Source: an uncultured bacterium (GTDB taxonomy: Bacteria > Muiribacteriota > UBA6191 > CAZXTJ01 > CAYOHP01). Taken from it: a DNA stretch of 64,000 nucleotides. Where the stretch lies: contig CAYOHP010000001.1 of the NCBI GenBank assembly GCA_964403795.1, forward strand, positions 85,420 through 149,419, written 5' to 3'. The notes under the pieces were generated by a model. That model saw only the letters and a program-made list of their open reading frames with translations. It was not told where the DNA came from and searched no databases. How positions within the stretch are numbered: position 1 is the first letter of the stretch; every line of letters begins with the position of its first letter. Shown piece after piece: positions 20,920 through 34,326 of the stretch. A program made the position numbers and the translations under genes.

Positions 20920-21708
20920 ATGGGTTCCAGCCTCAGCCTCGAACTGAACATGAACACCGTGGAATCCCTGATCCGGTGGATCCACGTGGTGGCCGGCGTC
21001 CTCTGGATCGGCCTCCTCTACTTCTTCAACTGGGTCAACGGACCGTTCGCCGCGACCATGGACGGCGAGACCAAGAAGAAGGTCATCCCGGAACTCCTGC
21101 CCCGGGCCCTCTACTTCTTCCGGTGGGGCGCGGCCTTCACCTGGGTGACCGGCGTGCTGCTGCTGACGATCGTCTACTACCACAACCAGGCGGTGCTCTC
21201 GAACCCCTCCACCCAGAGCGTGGGCGACCCCAACGTGCTGGCCATGATCGCCTTCACCTTCCTGGCGGTCTTCGTCTACGACGCCCTCTACAAGGGCCCG
21301 ATCAAGAACGACGCCACCGGGTTCGTGGTGAGCGTGGTGCTCGCCACCATCTCGGTGCTGCTCTTCAAGTACGTGGGCAAGTTCGGTCCCCGGGGCTATG
21401 CCATCCACCTCGGCGCCATGTTCGGCACCATGATGGCCTTCAACGTGTGGTTCCGGATCTGGCCGTCCCAGCAGAAGATCATCACCGCCATCAAGAACGG
21501 GGAGGCGCCCGACGCCGCCCTGGTGGGCCTGGCCGGTCTCCGGTCCCGGCACAACACCTACATGTCGGTGCCGCTGCTCTTCACCATGGTGAACCAGCAC
21601 GCCACCTGGGCCTACACCGGCGACCTCGCCTTCCCCCTGATCGTGGTGCTCGGCTGGGGGACGGTCTACCACCTCTACACCCGGGCTGGACAGGTGAAGG
21701 GCTTCTGA
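20920..21708 (+). CDS. integral membrane protein (~6 TM), family uncertain
   Basis: ATG at 20920 with AAGGAG RBS. Helices LIRWIHVVAGVLWIGLLYFF, AAFTWVTGVLLLTIVYY and others. Confidence 0.45.
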   Translation: MGSSLSLELNMNTVESLIRWIHVVAGVLWIGLLYFFNWVNGPFAATMDGETKKKVIPELLPRALYFFRWGAAFTWVTGVLLLTIVYYHNQAVLSNPSTQSVGDPNVLAMIAFTFLAVFVYDALYKGPIKNDATGFVVSVVLATISVLLFKYVGKFGPRGYAIHLGAMFGTMMAFNVWFRIWPSQQKIITAIKNGEAPDAALVGLAGLRSRHNTYMSVPLLFTMVNQHATWAYTGDLAFPLIVVLGWGTVYHLYTRAGQVKGF

Positions 21709-21961
21709 GCCGCTGACCCCGATCGGATCCCCGAGGATCCGACCGAGACCCCCGGGAGCCCCCGAGGCCCCGGGGGTCTTCGCGTCCAGCGACCCCGGTC
21801 CCACCCGGTGGGCCCACGGTCCCCGATCCGGGACGCCACCCAGAAGGTGGATAGCCGCCTAGCCACGCTTGCCCTCGGCGCGCCACCGGACCCTCTCGCC
21901 GCCTCCCTCCGCCAGCGCGATCCCCCGCTCCCCGAGCGGATCGAGACCACCGCACACGATC

Positions 21962-21976
21962 TGGCACCGGGGTTGC
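21962..21976 (+). promoter_or_regulatory. consensus sigma-54 promoter (TGGCAC-N5-TTGC)
   Basis: cTGGCACcggggTTGCtt, about 50 nt upstream of the ATG at 22027. Confidence 0.6.
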
Positions 21977-22026
21977 TTCCACCCTGCCTGCGCCCTGGCG
22001 CCGGCCCCCGAGTGGGTCCGAGGCGG

Positions 22027-25000
22027 ATGGCGGATGGAGGTCTCGTGGACTCGAAGCAGTTCCCCCGGAAGCTCCTGGCAGCCGTGCTGGCCTCGGCCGC
22101 GGCCCTGGGGGCAGCCTCCCCGGCCCTCGCCCAGGAAGGCGCCAGCGCCTTCCCGGAGGTCAACGCCTTCCGGGAGCACCTCTCCTGGGTCACCGGTCCC
22201 GAGGGCCAGGCCGCCATCGGAGCCTTCCTCCCCGAGAGCGAGGCCCCCCGCGGCTCGCAGGGAGCCGCTCCCGCCGAGGGCGCCAGCGCCCGGACCGCCA
22301 CCGGGGGCGCCGGTGCCGGCCAGGGGCCCGGCGGACCCCGGGTGGGCGGCGGCGGGGACATGCTCGGGATGGGCGGCTCGGGCCTCCCCGAGGGTCCTGG
22401 CGGCGTCCCGGAGGGCACCGTGCCCGGAGGCGCCCAGGGCGAAGGGGCCGCGCCCCAGTCCCGGACCCGCCAGGCGGCTCGCCTCGCCGGCGCCCACGCC
22501 TACGGCTTCCTCGAGTTCGGGGTGGCGATCACCTCGTACATGTACGTCCGGCTCTCCGCCGAGGTGGCCGCCGGCCGGATGACCCGGGCCGAGATGAACC
22601 AGGCTCTCCTCCAGATGCTCACCAGCGAGCACATGTACGTCGGCTATCTCTCGTTCCTGGGGTTCCACGAGGCGGCCCGGATGGGCGTGGGACGGACCGC
22701 CTGGGGCCGGGGAGTGGCCCAGTCGGAGCGGGCCATCCAGCTCGCCGGCGGTCGGGCCGGGGCGCTGGCCCGCATCAAGGTGGCGGCCAACCGGAACATG
22801 ATCACGATGGTGGCGATGGTCGCCACCGAGATGACCATGGGGGCGGCCGAGTGCCTGTTCCAGTGCCCCTGGGAGCGCCAGGTGCAGGCCGGCGACCGGG
22901 AGACCCGGGCCCGCGAACTCGAGACCCGGATGCGCGAGGTCCGGGACCGCCTGCTCACCACCCTGCGCACCGCCGGCCGGGTCCCCGCCGATCGCACCTT
23001 CTCCGACGCCCGGGTCACCGCCCGGGAGTTCGAGGGCATCCCCGGGGTCGAGGACGAGCTCGACTATCGGGAACTGCTCGACCTGGAGCGCCGCCTCGGC
23101 GAGCTCGAGACCGCCATCGCCACCGGCAACGCCAATGCCCATCCCTCGGGCTGCCCCAGCGGCTCCGGGCTGGTGGGCTCCTTCATGGAGTCCCTGGCGG
23201 CCCGGCCCTTCGAGACCCTGGGCCACGCCTGGACCGCGATCGCCAACGGGGTCCGCAAGGTCGACCTGATCGAGACCTTCATCACCGGCGGTGCCTTCAT
23301 CGCCGGGGCCACCCTGGCGAGCTTCATCCCCTACCTGGGCCAGAGCGGGATCTTCAACCTGTTCGTGGGCTTCCTCTGCGCCGAGCTGGCCGACCGGCTC
23401 TTGATCCCGATCTACCGCACCTGGCGCCAGGCCAGCGACCGCAGCTCGGCGCTGGGGCGCCTGGCCCACCAGTGGATGCTGATCCACGGCCGGCGCGACC
23501 GGAGCTGGCTGGGCGGCGAGGAGGTGGCCCGCTTCAACGCCACGGTGGAGCGCACCGCCCGCTCCGACCTGCCGGCACCCCCCGCCCAGACCAGCCGGGA
23601 ACAGCGCCGGGAGCAGGACCGGCGAGCCGAGACCGTGGCCAATCCCTGCCTCGAGCGCACCCAGCCCCAGGACCCCTTCGTCGGTCCCATCTGGGACGCC
23701 CAGGAGGCGATGGCCAAGGAACGGGCCGAGGAAGTGAAGGCCCACAAGGACGCCTTCGAGGCCCTGGCCCTCGCCAGCAAGGGCAAGCTCACCCAGGACC
23801 TGACCAACATCGCCGCCGGCCGGGGCTGGCGCGGCTTTCGGGTGAGCTTCCTGGGCGGCGACCGCTGGACCCGCCTCGACGACGTGCTGAAGATGGCCGC
23901 CGACGACGTGCTCTCCACCGGGCGCACCTACGAGACCCTCCTCTCCACCCAGATGCAGGCCCTGGCCGAGTCGGTGCCGATCCTCGCCGAGGTCCGGGGC
24001 TCGCTGGCCGGCCGGTACCGCCGCTACGAGGCCGCCACCCGGGGAGAGCTCGCCCGCCAGCACGAAGCTGCCGCGCCCGGGGGCAGCGGCGAGGACCCGC
24101 TCGACGTGCTCTTCGAGATGGACACCGAGGTCCGCCGCCTGGCCGAGGCCCGCCTGGTCGAGGGCAACTCCGCCTACGCCGGCCACCGGATCCGCCGCCA
24201 GCGGGCCGGGGACCTGGCGGTCTTCGCCCTGAACCAGTACCTGGTCCTCCGACGCGAGCAGCTCGAGGTCGAGCTGGCCCGCACCAAGGTCCCCGAGGCC
24301 CTGCGCCAGGCCCGCACCTTCCTCGCCCGGGTCGGCCAGCACCGCCAGCAGGAACTCGCCCAGCCCTGGTCGCGGGACCGGATCCTGGCGGTCTACCAGG
24401 AGTCGCTCAGGGTCCGCCTCGAGGACCTCGCCTCGCTGGGAGCCATCGAGTCCTACCACGCGGTCCGCCAGTACGTGGAACGGGAGCTCGGGATCGGCGC
24501 TCCGCCCCACCGCGACCAGCGGGCTCTTTCCCGGGACGTACGCCGTCTGGGCCCCCTGATCCGGCAGTGGAAGCAGGCCCGCCAGGCCGGCAACCGCGAC
24601 GAGGCCGCCCGCCTCGAGATCGAGATCGAGGGGCTCCACCCCGAGGCCCTATTCCGCCAATATTCGCAGCCCTACGGGGACCGGCTCGAAACCCTCTTCG
24701 ACTACGGCTACGACGCCCGCGATCGGGTCATGCCCCGCTCCTCGGCCGAGCGCAGCCAGGTCCAGGACGACTACCACGCCATCGTCGACTACGTGCAGGA
24801 ATACGTCTGGCGGGAGAAGCTCCCCCGCCGCTCGACCCTGGAGGTGGCGCGGGACCTCCAGTACGCGGCGACCGGATTGCCGGGCGCCCGCCGCGGCCAG
24901 ATGCACCCGGAGGCCCGGGACGCCATCGACCTCGCCGACCGGCTGCGAACCGACCTCGGTTCCGGCTACCCGCCCCCGGGTGACCCGGTCACCTATGTCG

Positions 25001-25911
25001 AGAATTTCGACCAGCGCCGCCGGGAGCACGATCGCATCTCGGGCGAGGCCTTCCAGATCGCGCTGGCGATCAGCCAGGGCCAGCAGGCCTACCAGGACGC
25101 CCTGGACCGGGCGATCGCCCGCCTCCTCCAGATCTACGGCGCCGCCGCCACCGGCACCCGGGTCCCGGCCAACCACCCCGGCGACGTCTTCCCGGGCCTC
25201 TCGGGGAGCCCGCGACTCGGCTCCTCGGGCGGAACGCAGAACCGGGACGCCGACTTCGAGGCGCTCCGCCAGTGGCTCGCCCAGACGCCTTCGACTCCCC
25301 GCCCCGCCTCCGACCCGGGGATGTTCGGCCAGGAGTCCCCGACCCCCGCGCCCGCTTCCCGCCCCGCCCCCTCCGGACCGCTCTCCAACCACGAGGTCTA
25401 CCAGCCGCTGCTCTCCACCGTGGTCGGCCTCGGCCTCGAGGGGATGCCCCCGGTGCTGGTGGAGGCCGACCGCGGCTACCCCGGCATCCGCCGCCAGCCG
25501 CTCGGCTTCTACCGCCTCCCCGCCGCCCCCCGCCCGGCACCGGCCGCCCAGGATCCGTTCCGCATCGACCCCCGCCGACTCCGGGGCGTCGACTGCCGGG
25601 ACTGCCACCCGGACCCCACCCCGCCGAGCTTCGACCTGGGACGCATGTCCGACTTCTTCGGGACCACCTCCCGGGGCCAGGATCCCTACCCCCTGGTGAA
25701 CGACGCCGCCTTCCGCGACCTGCCCGAGGAGCTGCGCTCCGCCTGGTTCCTGTGGTGGGACCTGGACGCCGCCAGGACCCGCTACCAGACCGCGGTGGCC
25801 CGCCTGCCCGAGCGCCAGCGCCTGCTGGCCGAGGCCGACCGCATGGCCCGGGACCTCCGGCTCGGCACCTACGAGCTCCCCGAGTTCCGCCCCCAGCTCC
25901 CCACGCCCTGA
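22027..25911 (+). CDS. giant secreted protein (1,294 aa), mostly alpha-helical, no recognisable domain
   Basis: ATG at 22027 gives the signal peptide MADGGLVDSKQFPRKLLAAVLASAAALGAASPALAQE. Long open frame with coding-like composition. Confidence 0.55.
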   Translation: MADGGLVDSKQFPRKLLAAVLASAAALGAASPALAQEGASAFPEVNAFREHLSWVTGPEGQAAIGAFLPESEAPRGSQGAAPAEGASARTATGGAGAGQGPGGPRVGGGGDMLGMGGSGLPEGPGGVPEGTVPGGAQGEGAAPQSRTRQAARLAGAHAYGFLEFGVAITSYMYVRLSAEVAAGRMTRAEMNQALLQMLTSEHMYVGYLSFLGFHEAARMGVGRTAWGRGVAQSERAIQLAGGRAGALARIKVAANRNMITMVAMVATEMTMGAAECLFQCPWERQVQAGDRETRARELETRMREVRDRLLTTLRTAGRVPADRTFSDARVTAREFEGIPGVEDELDYRELLDLERRLGELETAIATGNANAHPSGCPSGSGLVGSFMESLAARPFETLGHAWTAIANGVRKVDLIETFITGGAFIAGATLASFIPYLGQSGIFNLFVGFLCAELADRLLIPIYRTWRQASDRSSALGRLAHQWMLIHGRRDRSWLGGEEVARFNATVERTARSDLPAPPAQTSREQRREQDRRAETVANPCLERTQPQDPFVGPIWDAQEAMAKERAEEVKAHKDAFEALALASKGKLTQDLTNIAAGRGWRGFRVSFLGGDRWTRLDDVLKMAADDVLSTGRTYETLLSTQMQALAESVPILAEVRGSLAGRYRRYEAATRGELARQHEAAAPGGSGEDPLDVLFEMDTEVRRLAEARLVEGNSAYAGHRIRRQRAGDLAVFALNQYLVLRREQLEVELARTKVPEALRQARTFLARVGQHRQQELAQPWSRDRILAVYQESLRVRLEDLASLGAIESYHAVRQYVERELGIGAPPHRDQRALSRDVRRLGPLIRQWKQARQAGNRDEAARLEIEIEGLHPEALFRQYSQPYGDRLETLFDYGYDARDRVMPRSSAERSQVQDDYHAIVDYVQEYVWREKLPRRSTLEVARDLQYAATGLPGARRGQMHPEARDAIDLADRLRTDLGSGYPPPGDPVTYVENFDQRRREHDRISGEAFQIALAISQGQQAYQDALDRAIARLLQIYGAAATGTRVPANHPGDVFPGLSGSPRLGSSGGTQNRDADFEALRQWLAQTPSTPRPASDPGMFGQESPTPAPASRPAPSGPLSNHEVYQPLLSTVVGLGLEGMPPVLVEADRGYPGIRRQPLGFYRLPAAPRPAPAAQDPFRIDPRRLRGVDCRDCHPDPTPPSFDLGRMSDFFGTTSRGQDPYPLVNDAAFRDLPEELRSAWFLWWDLDAARTRYQTAVARLPERQRLLAEADRMARDLRLGTYELPEFRPQLPTP

Positions 25912-26005
25912 GCCGGGCCCACCCCTGCGGGTCCCTGGGAGGGATCCCGGGGGAACCGCTTCCCGCCTTCCCCCGTAGTAGCTTCCGGGGGACCGGGGAG
26001 GATCC

Positions 26006-28330
26006 ATGGCAAGGACTCGGCGACCCTGGTCGACCTGGGTCCTGGCGTCCCTCCTGGCACTGCCGCTTCGGGCCCAGCCCGACGATCCCGGCGCCGGCTT
26101 CTCCGACCTCGGCGGGGGGCCGGCCCGGAACCCGGGGATCCGCATCGTCCGACCGCCCCGGCCCTTCGTGCTGGGTCGGGACAACATCGCCTTCCCGAAC
26201 CCCTCGGGAGCAGTCCGCATCCAGGGAATGGCCGGCAACTGCTACGCCATGTCGGCGGTGACCCGACTCTTCCACGAGGCGGCGCGCTTCCGTCCGGAGC
26301 CGGGGGAAGGAGCCACGCGCGGCCTCGACTGGCGAGCCCTGGCGGCTGCGCTGCGGAGCCCCGACCCGGCACGGGTGGGCTTCGGCGTCTCGGGCGCAGC
26401 CTCGCTGCATGCCTTCTCGACCGTCCCGGGAGTGGCCGCCTCCCGCGCCGACGATTGGCTCGACTCCAGGATCCGAGCCGAGCTCGGGATCGGCGATCCG
26501 ACCACCCCCGGGGGAGTCCCCGCCGAAGCCCGGGGAGCTTCCCAGGTCTTCCAGCTGGTCTCGGTGATCCACTACCTGCACTACATGCAGTTCCAGTCCC
26601 AGCACTTCCTGAAGAGCGCGGTGCTCGACCGCCTGCAAGGCGCTTCGTCCCATCAGCGGGCCACCCAGGAGGCGGCCCGGACCGTGATCTCCGGCCTTCC
26701 CCGCCAGGACCTCGCCCTGCTCATGGTCTTCAATCCCCGGCAGGTCTACGGCCACGTGGTGCTGGCCTACCAGGCGGAGGTCCATCCCGACGGCACCGTC
26801 GACCTGGTCTTCTACGACAACAACGTCCAGTACGGGGACGTGACCGTCGAGACCCTGTTCCGGGTCGGTCCGGACGGGAGCTTCCATCCGTATCGCCGGG
26901 CCCCCGGCTCCGATCGGCTCATCGACGACGAGCCGAACTGGGCGGGATCGCGCTTCTGGGACCGGCAGCGCATGAGCCTGCACGTGCTCCCGTCGCTCGA
27001 CGAGGACCCCGAGCTGCGCCGCAGCCTGGCGGCCAAGGTCGAGATGCGGGATCTCGAACTCGCCTACCTGATGCTGGCCGGCGAGTACCTGACCGAGGTC
27101 ACCCAGAAGGCACCCGGGGAGGCCTCGCTCTTCGCCTCCACCCGGCGCCTGGTCCACCGGGTCGAGAGCGCCCAGGACCGGTTGGGTCGGCGACCCGCCT
27201 GGCGCACCGCATCGCTCGGGTCCGACGCCTCGGTGGAGGCATTGAACGCCCACCTGGCCCGCTACGGGGACCGCGGTCTGCAGGAGGCCGTCCCCTACGT
27301 GCTGCCCCGGGGCCTGACCCTGACCGGTTCCCGGCTCCGCTTCGATCCCGCCGATCCCAACCGGGCCGAGGTCCGGACCACCCTCACGATCGACCACTCG
27401 CAGCCCATCGAGAAGGTGGTGACGGCGCTGCGCGACTCGGTGGCGCTGGCCTCCGATCCCGCCCTCGCAACCCTGGTCGGCGAGCTCGCCTCCACCTTCG
27501 CCGGCGAGCAGGCCACGCTCTCGGTGCGGCTCGCCCTGGAGAAGGGCCGGAGCCCCGATCCGAATCTCGGACCCTACGCCCCGGTCCCGACCCTGCTCGC
27601 CAGTCGCCTGACGCTCGGTCGTATCCCCCCGTCCCCGCTCCCCGAGCCCTTCCAGGGGCACCGGGTCGAACTCTCCGAGGAGCTCGCCACCAAGCTGCTC
27701 CGGGCGGTGCTCCGCAGCCAGTCGGTGCTGGGAGCCAAGTTCACGTTCGCCTACGGGTTCGACCCGCCGCTGGCACCCCGGATCGAGCGGGAGGGCGAGC
27801 TGACGGTGCGGGACGTGGGCTTCGACTTCCGGCCCGGGAGCGCCGGATTGTGGGCCGACCTCTCGGGTTTCGCCCCGGTGGCCACACGGACCCGGGGGGT
27901 CAGTTTCCGGAGCGAGCGGGTGACCCTGACCCTGGTCGGCACCCTCCCGGGCGAGCGACGCCTCCGGCTCACGGGAAGCCTCTCCGGCCCCCTGGATCTC
28001 GAGACCGGCCTGGGGGGCCTCGGGGATCGTCTGGTGACCGATGTCCTGGGGGCCTTGTTCGCGGTGGTGTTCCCCCGTTTCGAGGCCGGCCTCGCCGACT
28101 TCGTCACCGCCCAGCTCGGCACCTGGGTCACCCTGGTCCCGGGGAGCCGGGTGAAGCTCTCCTCGCCCTCGGTCTCCCACCGGGGGATCTCGGCCCGCCT
28201 CGATCCCGTGACCCTCGACCTGGCCGGCACCGTGCGGCGGCTCTTCGGCTCCGATCTCCCGGTGCGGCTCGTAGGCCTCTCGGCCAGCGACGATCGGCTG
28301 GTCCTGGAACTCGCCCCCGCCGGTCCCTAG
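26006..28330 (+). CDS. secreted protein (774 aa) with a possible papain/transglutaminase-like Cys-His core, tentative
   Basis: Signal peptide. GMAGNCYAMSAVTRLFHEAARF resembles a nucleophile-Cys motif. Downstream YGHVVLAY and VFYDNN could supply His and Asp/Asn. Confidence 0.45.
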   Translation: MARTRRPWSTWVLASLLALPLRAQPDDPGAGFSDLGGGPARNPGIRIVRPPRPFVLGRDNIAFPNPSGAVRIQGMAGNCYAMSAVTRLFHEAARFRPEPGEGATRGLDWRALAAALRSPDPARVGFGVSGAASLHAFSTVPGVAASRADDWLDSRIRAELGIGDPTTPGGVPAEARGASQVFQLVSVIHYLHYMQFQSQHFLKSAVLDRLQGASSHQRATQEAARTVISGLPRQDLALLMVFNPRQVYGHVVLAYQAEVHPDGTVDLVFYDNNVQYGDVTVETLFRVGPDGSFHPYRRAPGSDRLIDDEPNWAGSRFWDRQRMSLHVLPSLDEDPELRRSLAAKVEMRDLELAYLMLAGEYLTEVTQKAPGEASLFASTRRLVHRVESAQDRLGRRPAWRTASLGSDASVEALNAHLARYGDRGLQEAVPYVLPRGLTLTGSRLRFDPADPNRAEVRTTLTIDHSQPIEKVVTALRDSVALASDPALATLVGELASTFAGEQATLSVRLALEKGRSPDPNLGPYAPVPTLLASRLTLGRIPPSPLPEPFQGHRVELSEELATKLLRAVLRSQSVLGAKFTFAYGFDPPLAPRIEREGELTVRDVGFDFRPGSAGLWADLSGFAPVATRTRGVSFRSERVTLTLVGTLPGERRLRLTGSLSGPLDLETGLGGLGDRLVTDVLGALFAVVFPRFEAGLADFVTAQLGTWVTLVPGSRVKLSSPSVSHRGISARLDPVTLDLAGTVRRLFGSDLPVRLVGLSASDDRLVLELAPAGP

Positions 28331-28405
28331 AAAGATCCCCGATCCGGGGCAGGATGCCTGGCGATTCCCGCGCCCTCGCCCCCGGGATCCCGGATTCCCC
28401 TCCGC

Positions 28406-28417
28406 TTGACGGGTCAA
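28406..28417 (+). promoter_or_regulatory. perfect palindrome TTGACGGGTCAA (candidate TetR operator overlapping a -35-like TTGACG)
   Basis: Inverted repeat TTGAC-GG-GTCAA lies 30 nt upstream of the efflux-operon start codon. The TetR gene is inside the same operon. Confidence 0.4.
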
Positions 28418-28448
28418 ACGTTCGTATGAAATACTCGTTCGAGAATCC

Positions 28449-29897
28449 ATGCGGCGCCTCTCCCTCCTGACCCTCTTCCTCCTCCTGCTCCCGGGCTGCC
28501 GGAGCGCTCGCCATGAACGCGTCGTCCCCGCCCCCTCGGTCGCCCCGCCCGAGCGGTTCGCCCACGCTCCCGGGGGCACCTCCGGGGGCGATCCTGGCGA
28601 TACCCATGGGTCCGGCGGGCGGATCCCCGCCTCTGCCCCCGAGGACCGGCTTTCCTGGTGGCAGGACTTCCAGGACCCCGACCTGGCGGCCCTGATCGAG
28701 CAGGCCCTCGCCGACAGTCCCGACCTGGCCGCGGCGGCAGCCCGCCTGCGGGCCCAGGTCCCGGCCATCAGGGTCGCCAGGGCAGCCGAGAAGCCCAGGG
28801 TCGACCTCTCCGCTTCGGGAGGCCGCACCCAGTTCTTCTTCCCTGGGCGCGGTCCGGTCGACCAGGATCGGGCAACCCTGAGCCTCCCGGCCTCCTGGGA
28901 ACTCGACCTCTGGGACCGGCTGTCCGAGGCCACCCGGGGGGCTCGCCTCGAGACCGCGGCAATCGCCGAGGACCTGGCCGCGGTCCGGCTCAGCCTGTCG
29001 GCCGAGGTGGCCACCGCCTTCCTCGGGCTCCGGGAGCAGCGGGTCCTCCAGACCCTGCTCCAGGCCCAACTCGCCACCAACGAACGGATCCTCGATTCGA
29101 TCCGCACCCGGGTCTCCCAGGGCCAGTCCACCACGCTGGACTTCTACCAGCAGCAGCAGCAGGCCGAGGGCACCAGGGCCCGCCTGGCCCAGGTGGACGG
29201 CGAACGGATCCGCTTCGAGAACCGGCTCGCCCTGCTCCTCGGCCGGGCCCCGGGCACCGTCACGCTGCCGGAGACTTCCGCCCTCCCCGATCCTCCGCCC
29301 CTGCCGCCCCTGGGCGTCCCTTCCGACCTGCTGCTGGGTCGGCCCGACCTGCGGGCCTCGGCCCGTCGGGTCGAGCTCGCCGACAGCCGGGTGGCCCAGG
29401 CCCTCCGGGACCGGCTGCCGGTGGTGCGGCTCACCTCCAGCCTCTCCTACCAAGCCGCCCAGCCGACGGGTCTGTTCCGGAACCTGCTCTTCGGACTCGC
29501 CGGGGAGCTGGTCCAACCGCTCCTCGATGGTGGACGGCGCCGGAAGTCGATCGAGATCGCCCGGGCCCGGGTCGAGGAGAGCCTGGCGGTCTTCACCCAG
29601 GCCTTCCTGAGGGCCCTCGAAGAGGTCGAGACCGCGCTCGGCACGGAGACCGCCCAGACCCGCTTCCTCGAAGAGCTCGCCCGCCAGGAGACGAGTGCCC
29701 GGAGCGGCTTCGAGGTGGCCTCGGCCCGCTACCTCGAGGGAGCCGAGGACTTCCTCCGGGTCCAGACCAACCTCGGTTCGCTCCACCAGGTCCAGCAGTC
29801 GATCGTCTCCGCCAAGGCCCAGCGCCTGCGGATCCGGATCCAACTCTGCCGCGCCCTGGGCGGCGCCTGGACCTCCCCCACGAAGGGAACCCCATGA
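28449..29897 (+). CDS. outer-membrane efflux lipoprotein (TolC/NodT OMF family)
   Basis: Lipoprotein signal LLLLLPGC. OMF helical repeats. Stop overlaps the next start (ATGA). Confidence 0.8.
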   Translation: MRRLSLLTLFLLLLPGCRSARHERVVPAPSVAPPERFAHAPGGTSGGDPGDTHGSGGRIPASAPEDRLSWWQDFQDPDLAALIEQALADSPDLAAAAARLRAQVPAIRVARAAEKPRVDLSASGGRTQFFFPGRGPVDQDRATLSLPASWELDLWDRLSEATRGARLETAAIAEDLAAVRLSLSAEVATAFLGLREQRVLQTLLQAQLATNERILDSIRTRVSQGQSTTLDFYQQQQQAEGTRARLAQVDGERIRFENRLALLLGRAPGTVTLPETSALPDPPPLPPLGVPSDLLLGRPDLRASARRVELADSRVAQALRDRLPVVRLTSSLSYQAAQPTGLFRNLLFGLAGELVQPLLDGGRRRKSIEIARARVEESLAVFTQAFLRALEEVETALGTETAQTRFLEELARQETSARSGFEVASARYLEGAEDFLRVQTNLGSLHQVQQSIVSAKAQRLRIRIQLCRALGGAWTSPTKGTP

Positions 29898-31099
29898 GTC
29901 CCCGACTCCGGAACCTGATCCAACTGGTCCTGGCACTGGGCATCCTGGCGGCAGGGGTGGCGGGCGCCCGTTACCTGGTGGCGACCGCCCCCAAGGTGGC
30001 CCGGGTCCCGGTCCAGGAATCCGCGCTGGTCGTCGATGTGGAAATGGTCGTCCGTAGCGACCATCCCCTGCGGATCGAGGCCAGGGGAACCACCCGCCCG
30101 GCCCGTCAGGCGACCCTGAAGCCCCAGGTCTCCGGGACCGTGGTCTGGGTGGCACCGGAGCTCGTCCCGGGAGGCCTGGTCAAAGCCGGTCAAACCCTGG
30201 TCAAAATCGATCGTCGCGACTCCGAACTGGCTCTGGCCCGAGCCCAGGCAAGCCTGCGCCAGGCCCGGATGAACCTCGAGATCGAGGAAGGCCGCCAGCG
30301 CATCGCCGAGAAGGAGTGGAAGCTCTTCTCGTCGGGAGGGATCGCACCGGCCCCAGCCGGTGCGGCCCAGAGCGATCTGGCTCTCCGCATTCCCCAGCTC
30401 GAAGCCTCGCGGGCCGCGGTCGAAGCGGCCCGGGCCGAGGCGGGACGCGCCGCCCTCGACCTGGAGCGGACCACCCTCCTCGCCCCCTTCGATGCGGTGG
30501 TCGAGACCCGCACCGTCGAAGTCGGAGAACTGGTCGGACCCCAGACCCCGGTGCTCGGTCTGGTAGGCGTCGAAGCCCACTGGGTCGAACTGGCGCTCCG
30601 GGAGGAGGAGCTGGTCCGGCTCTCGCTCCCCGGGATCGCAGGTACGCCGGCATCGACCGGGGTCGCTTCGCTGGACCTGGGCGGGCGGGAGATCCGGCGG
30701 CCGGCCCGGGTCCTGCAGCTCCTCGGGACCCTCGACGCCGAGGTGCGACGGCCCCGGGTCCTGGTCCAGATCGACGACCCCTACGGGCTCCGGACGGCAT
30801 CGACCCCGGGACATCTCCCCATCCTGGTGGGGAGCCACGTACAGATCGAACTCGAGGGCACGCCTCTGACGGGGCTGGTTGCGATCCCGCGCCGGGCAGT
30901 CTCGGAGGGCGACAAGATCCTGGTGGCCGACCCCGAGGACCGGCTCAGGATCCGGCGGGTCTCGATCGCCTGGAGCGACCGGGAGCGGGTCTACGTCGAG
31001 ACCGGGATCGAAGCCGGCGAACGGGTGATCGTGAGCAGCGTGCCGGTGGCGATCGAGGGCATGCGTCTCAGGACGGCCAGGCCGGGAGCCGCTTCGTGA
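29894..31099 (+). CDS. RND efflux membrane fusion protein (HlyD/AcrA family)
   Basis: N-terminal TM segment, coiled-coil region, and beta-barrel/lipoyl-like regions typical of MFPs. Confidence 0.8.
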   Translation: MSPRLRNLIQLVLALGILAAGVAGARYLVATAPKVARVPVQESALVVDVEMVVRSDHPLRIEARGTTRPARQATLKPQVSGTVVWVAPELVPGGLVKAGQTLVKIDRRDSELALARAQASLRQARMNLEIEEGRQRIAEKEWKLFSSGGIAPAPAGAAQSDLALRIPQLEASRAAVEAARAEAGRAALDLERTTLLAPFDAVVETRTVEVGELVGPQTPVLGLVGVEAHWVELALREEELVRLSLPGIAGTPASTGVASLDLGGREIRRPARVLQLLGTLDAEVRRPRVLVQIDDPYGLRTASTPGHLPILVGSHVQIELEGTPLTGLVAIPRRAVSEGDKILVADPEDRLRIRRVSIAWSDRERVYVETGIEAGERVIVSSVPVAIEGMRLRTARPGAAS

Positions 31100-31179
31100 G
31101 CACTCCCGACGCTTCGGGTTCCGAGGTTCCGTCCGCCCCGCTCGAACTCGTCCCGCCCCATGTCGGGGCCATCGCCTCG

Positions 31180-34322
<3,143 letters not shown>

Positions 34323-34326
<4 letters not shown>

